From Azolla caroliniana (lineage: Eukaryota > Plantae > Polypodiophyta), in the NCBI GenBank assembly GCA_043228905.1, contig JBHGNT010000016.1:10974001-11038000 (forward strand): DNA of 64,000 nucleotides, read 5' to 3'. Position 1 is the first letter of the stretch. Each line of letters starts with the position of its first letter. Below the pieces are notes generated by a model that was not told the origin of the DNA, searched no databases, and worked only from the letters and a program-made list of their open reading frames with translations. Shown here in pieces: positions 61,466-64,000 of the stretch. The position numbers and the translations under genes were made by a program.

Positions 61466-62490
61466 GAGGTAGCGGCCGACATAGAGTTTGCTCTATGTTT
61501 CATCATGAACATTCCGCCACGGTCGGAGTTGTGTGCATACATTCCACCACAATCTTCGTAGTCGGAGTTGTGCCCGTACATTTCGCCATGGTCAGAGTTG
61601 TGTGAGTAATTCGTGAGTTGTCGGCTTGTGGAAGCCGATTCACGCATCTTCTTTCGGCACTCTTCTTTGTGGTGGCCGAGGTTTCCGCAATATCCGCATT
61701 CGGTTGCGTTGTGACAGCTTGGGCCAGAGTGGAAGCTCCCCCTTCTTGCAAAGGTTCCTCGTTGGCCTCCGTTTTGCGGCCGAAATTGGGAGTTGTTATC
61801 GTAGGTCGAACCTCGTCTGCCTTGTCCTTGGCCGAATCGGCGTCTCGCTCGTTCGCGTCCTCTTCCTCCATTAGAGTGCGTGTAGAGCATGTGGATTTCC
61901 GACTCATTGCTCCTTGTACGCACATGGTTTTCTTCGACCAATAGCATTGATTGGAGCTCGAAGAAGGAGGGAGATTTCTCTCGTGCTAGAACGGCGGTTC
62001 GCATCGCGCCGAACCGTGGTGCGAGGCCGCTGAGGCATATTTGCACCATCTCATCATCATCTATACTTACGCTTATTGAGTCGAGCGAGTCGCAAAGCTC
62101 CTTGATCTTCAAGGTGTATGTCGTGATGGACATGTCCCTTTGTTGAATGTTGTTCAACTCTTGGCGGAGTTGAAGCTTCCTTGCGGTCGTGTTGGCGGCA
62201 AAAATCTTTCGTAGATTTTCCCACGCTTCCTTCGGTGTCTTGGCTTCTCGCATGTAATCGAGCATGTGGTCGTGAACACATGTTGCCAAACAATACATCA
62301 CGCGGCTTGCGGCTTGCTCCCATGTCGCGTATCCGGGAGCCGATTCGGCGGGTCGGTCTTCATGCGCTCCTTTGATGTAGCTCCAATAGCCTTGTCCGAC
62401 AAGGTATTGGTGCATCTTGTACTCCCAAGATGCGAAGGTGTTTCGATCCAACTTCTCCGTAGGGAGAGCGCTCCCCATTTGAGTATTCAT
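61466..62490 (-). CDS. gag: Copia Gag, uninterrupted up to the solo-LTR insertion
   Basis: EKLDRNTFASWEYKMHQYL..., zinc knuckle CGYCGNLGHHKEEC; clearly homologous to gag 3576-4055. Confidence 0.85.
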
Positions 62491-63779
62491 TATGTCGATT
62501 CTTCTTCTTCTTCTTCTTCTTCTCTCTTCGAATGCGAGCTATGTAGCGAAGCTATGATAGCTATGAGCCGGTTCTTGGTCGTTGGTGTAGAGCACAACAC
62601 ACGATCACGATGAGGCGAATGGGCTAGATCGAGCTACCAAATCACTCTAATACCATGTAAAGAATCAAGAGATGGATTCTTGTGAAGCGGAAGAGATGTG
62701 AGTTATGTGTGTATGTAAGAGAGAGAGAGAGTGTGTGAGTGAAACACAGAGAATATGCAATGTAAAAGTATATTGACAAAGGAGAAAGACTCAACATTAT
62801 ACAAGGTGGGAGGAGGGTGCTTTATGTAGTCACCCTCTCTCTTCATTAACTACAAGACTCATGGAGCATGGGGAATGTGAAAGCTCATAAGTTATGTGTC
62901 ATAGAATATGATTCTATGACTCATACTAAATACTAGAATACAAAGTGGTGACATAATGGTGACTCTTGACCGTTGGAGTGTCTCTTCACTCTCAAGGTGA
63001 GTTCACACACTAGACCAAGTTGAGCTTGATTCTCAACAAGAAATATATATGGTCATCAAGGAAATTTGTGCCCCAATGTCCCATCTTGTGTCAAAGAGAA
63101 TATGGTAAACTCATTTGGAACCAATGGTGCAAAAGGTGGACAAAGGGTGGGTTGAAGCATGTACCAACGAATGTAGTTTTCCCGTTGCAAAAGAAGATAG
63201 TTTTGTAGTTGGGGACAACATATATAATATAACGTGTAAAACATGAGCCTCCATATCTTTCCTAAACCATGAAATATTGACTTTGAAAGTAAAAGGCCTT
63301 CATTCATAGAGAGACAAAGAACTAAAGAAGATATTTTTTAATGTCAACAAGAGACCGATTGTGATCTATGAGATGGGGCCATTGTTAAGATGGTTTGACA
63401 ACTATGAGTTTGTCCAAAAGTCCTAGTGAAAACTCATTTCAATTAAGTTATTATGCTTGAGTAATCGCAACTGAAAGCTTTCGATGCTTGCTAATGATAG
63501 TTCTTTGATTTATGGAGAGTCTCATTCTTGTGATCTTGGGCATTCCATAACTTTCAATTCTTTAGCTTTCTCTAAAGAGAGTCCCAATTCTAGATGAACT
63601 TATTTTCATCTCTTGTAAATACTCCATTTGGGCTTAAGCAAGATGTGGGCCACATTGTATGTGGTATATGGAGGATGCATTTAAAGGTTGATGGCCATAC
63701 AATGTCTCAATGAGTGTTGGAGTGCCCTCTTTCAATATGGTTGATGTGTACCTTAGAAGTTCCATAAACTATAATTTGA

Positions 63780-64000
63780 AACACTTCTTCATAGAATTGC
63801 AGGACATAATGTAATGGTACGAACCCATCATGGAATAGATGTGGTATTTGCCTCAAATATATACAAATGTAGCATTCCTCCAATTCTATGTCATTCTCAA
63901 TGTAGCTTATTGTATGTCACTTTCTCTCATCTACAAGTGTCCCCATTATTAGCTTATGTGAAGATGTAAGTATTTTTCCAATGATTCTATGTTGAGTCAT
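63780..64000 (-). pseudogene. Possible decayed LINE ORF2 C-terminal remnant
   Basis: Weak motif IIGKILTSSHKLIM resembles R.SSH.L.IE.GR of RTE-X/CR1-like ORF2 ends; many stops. Confidence 0.25.

Larger units (their letters stand above)
60650..63007 (-). mobile_element. Copia F (A-related gag): 5' LTR ~62656-63007, PBS 62645-62655, open gag, deleted from the protease onward
   Basis: ctctaatacca then tgtaaag. The gag ORF continues across the solo LTR as ..AATS|TSASGPEDVWFV. Confidence 0.85.

Overview
Gene-free eukaryotic repeat block, read as a plant genome. The lineage mix suggests a non-seed plant such as a fern, lycophyte or bryophyte (inference). It consists almost entirely of nested, mostly decayed transposons: at least 8 Ty1/Copia copies (one nearly intact Tnt1/Tork-like element with an unusual 3-LTR structure at 22511-28279), three Tcn1/Tf1-like Ty3/Gypsy copies, a tRNA-Trp-primed Gypsy with a 4-bp TSD (14787-20776), a chromodomain Gypsy (37611-42383), two TSD-flanked solo LTRs, a hAT transposase remnant, an intron-containing Sola2-like transposase, and an apparently identical 5531-bp tandem duplication (2378-13439). 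No host gene, rRNA, tRNA gene or CRISPR array was found. The most interesting signal is a set of cis elements in the Tcn1-like Gypsy copies. They lack a tRNA PBS and instead carry an 11-nt PBS complementary to their own predicted transcript 5' end, with a different but still complementary 11-mer in a second subfamily (Tf1-type self-priming). They also have heat-shock-element-like boxes upstream of the TATA box and, in two copies, a covarying -1 frameshift pseudoknot. All family assignments come from motif recognition by eye; no database search was run.
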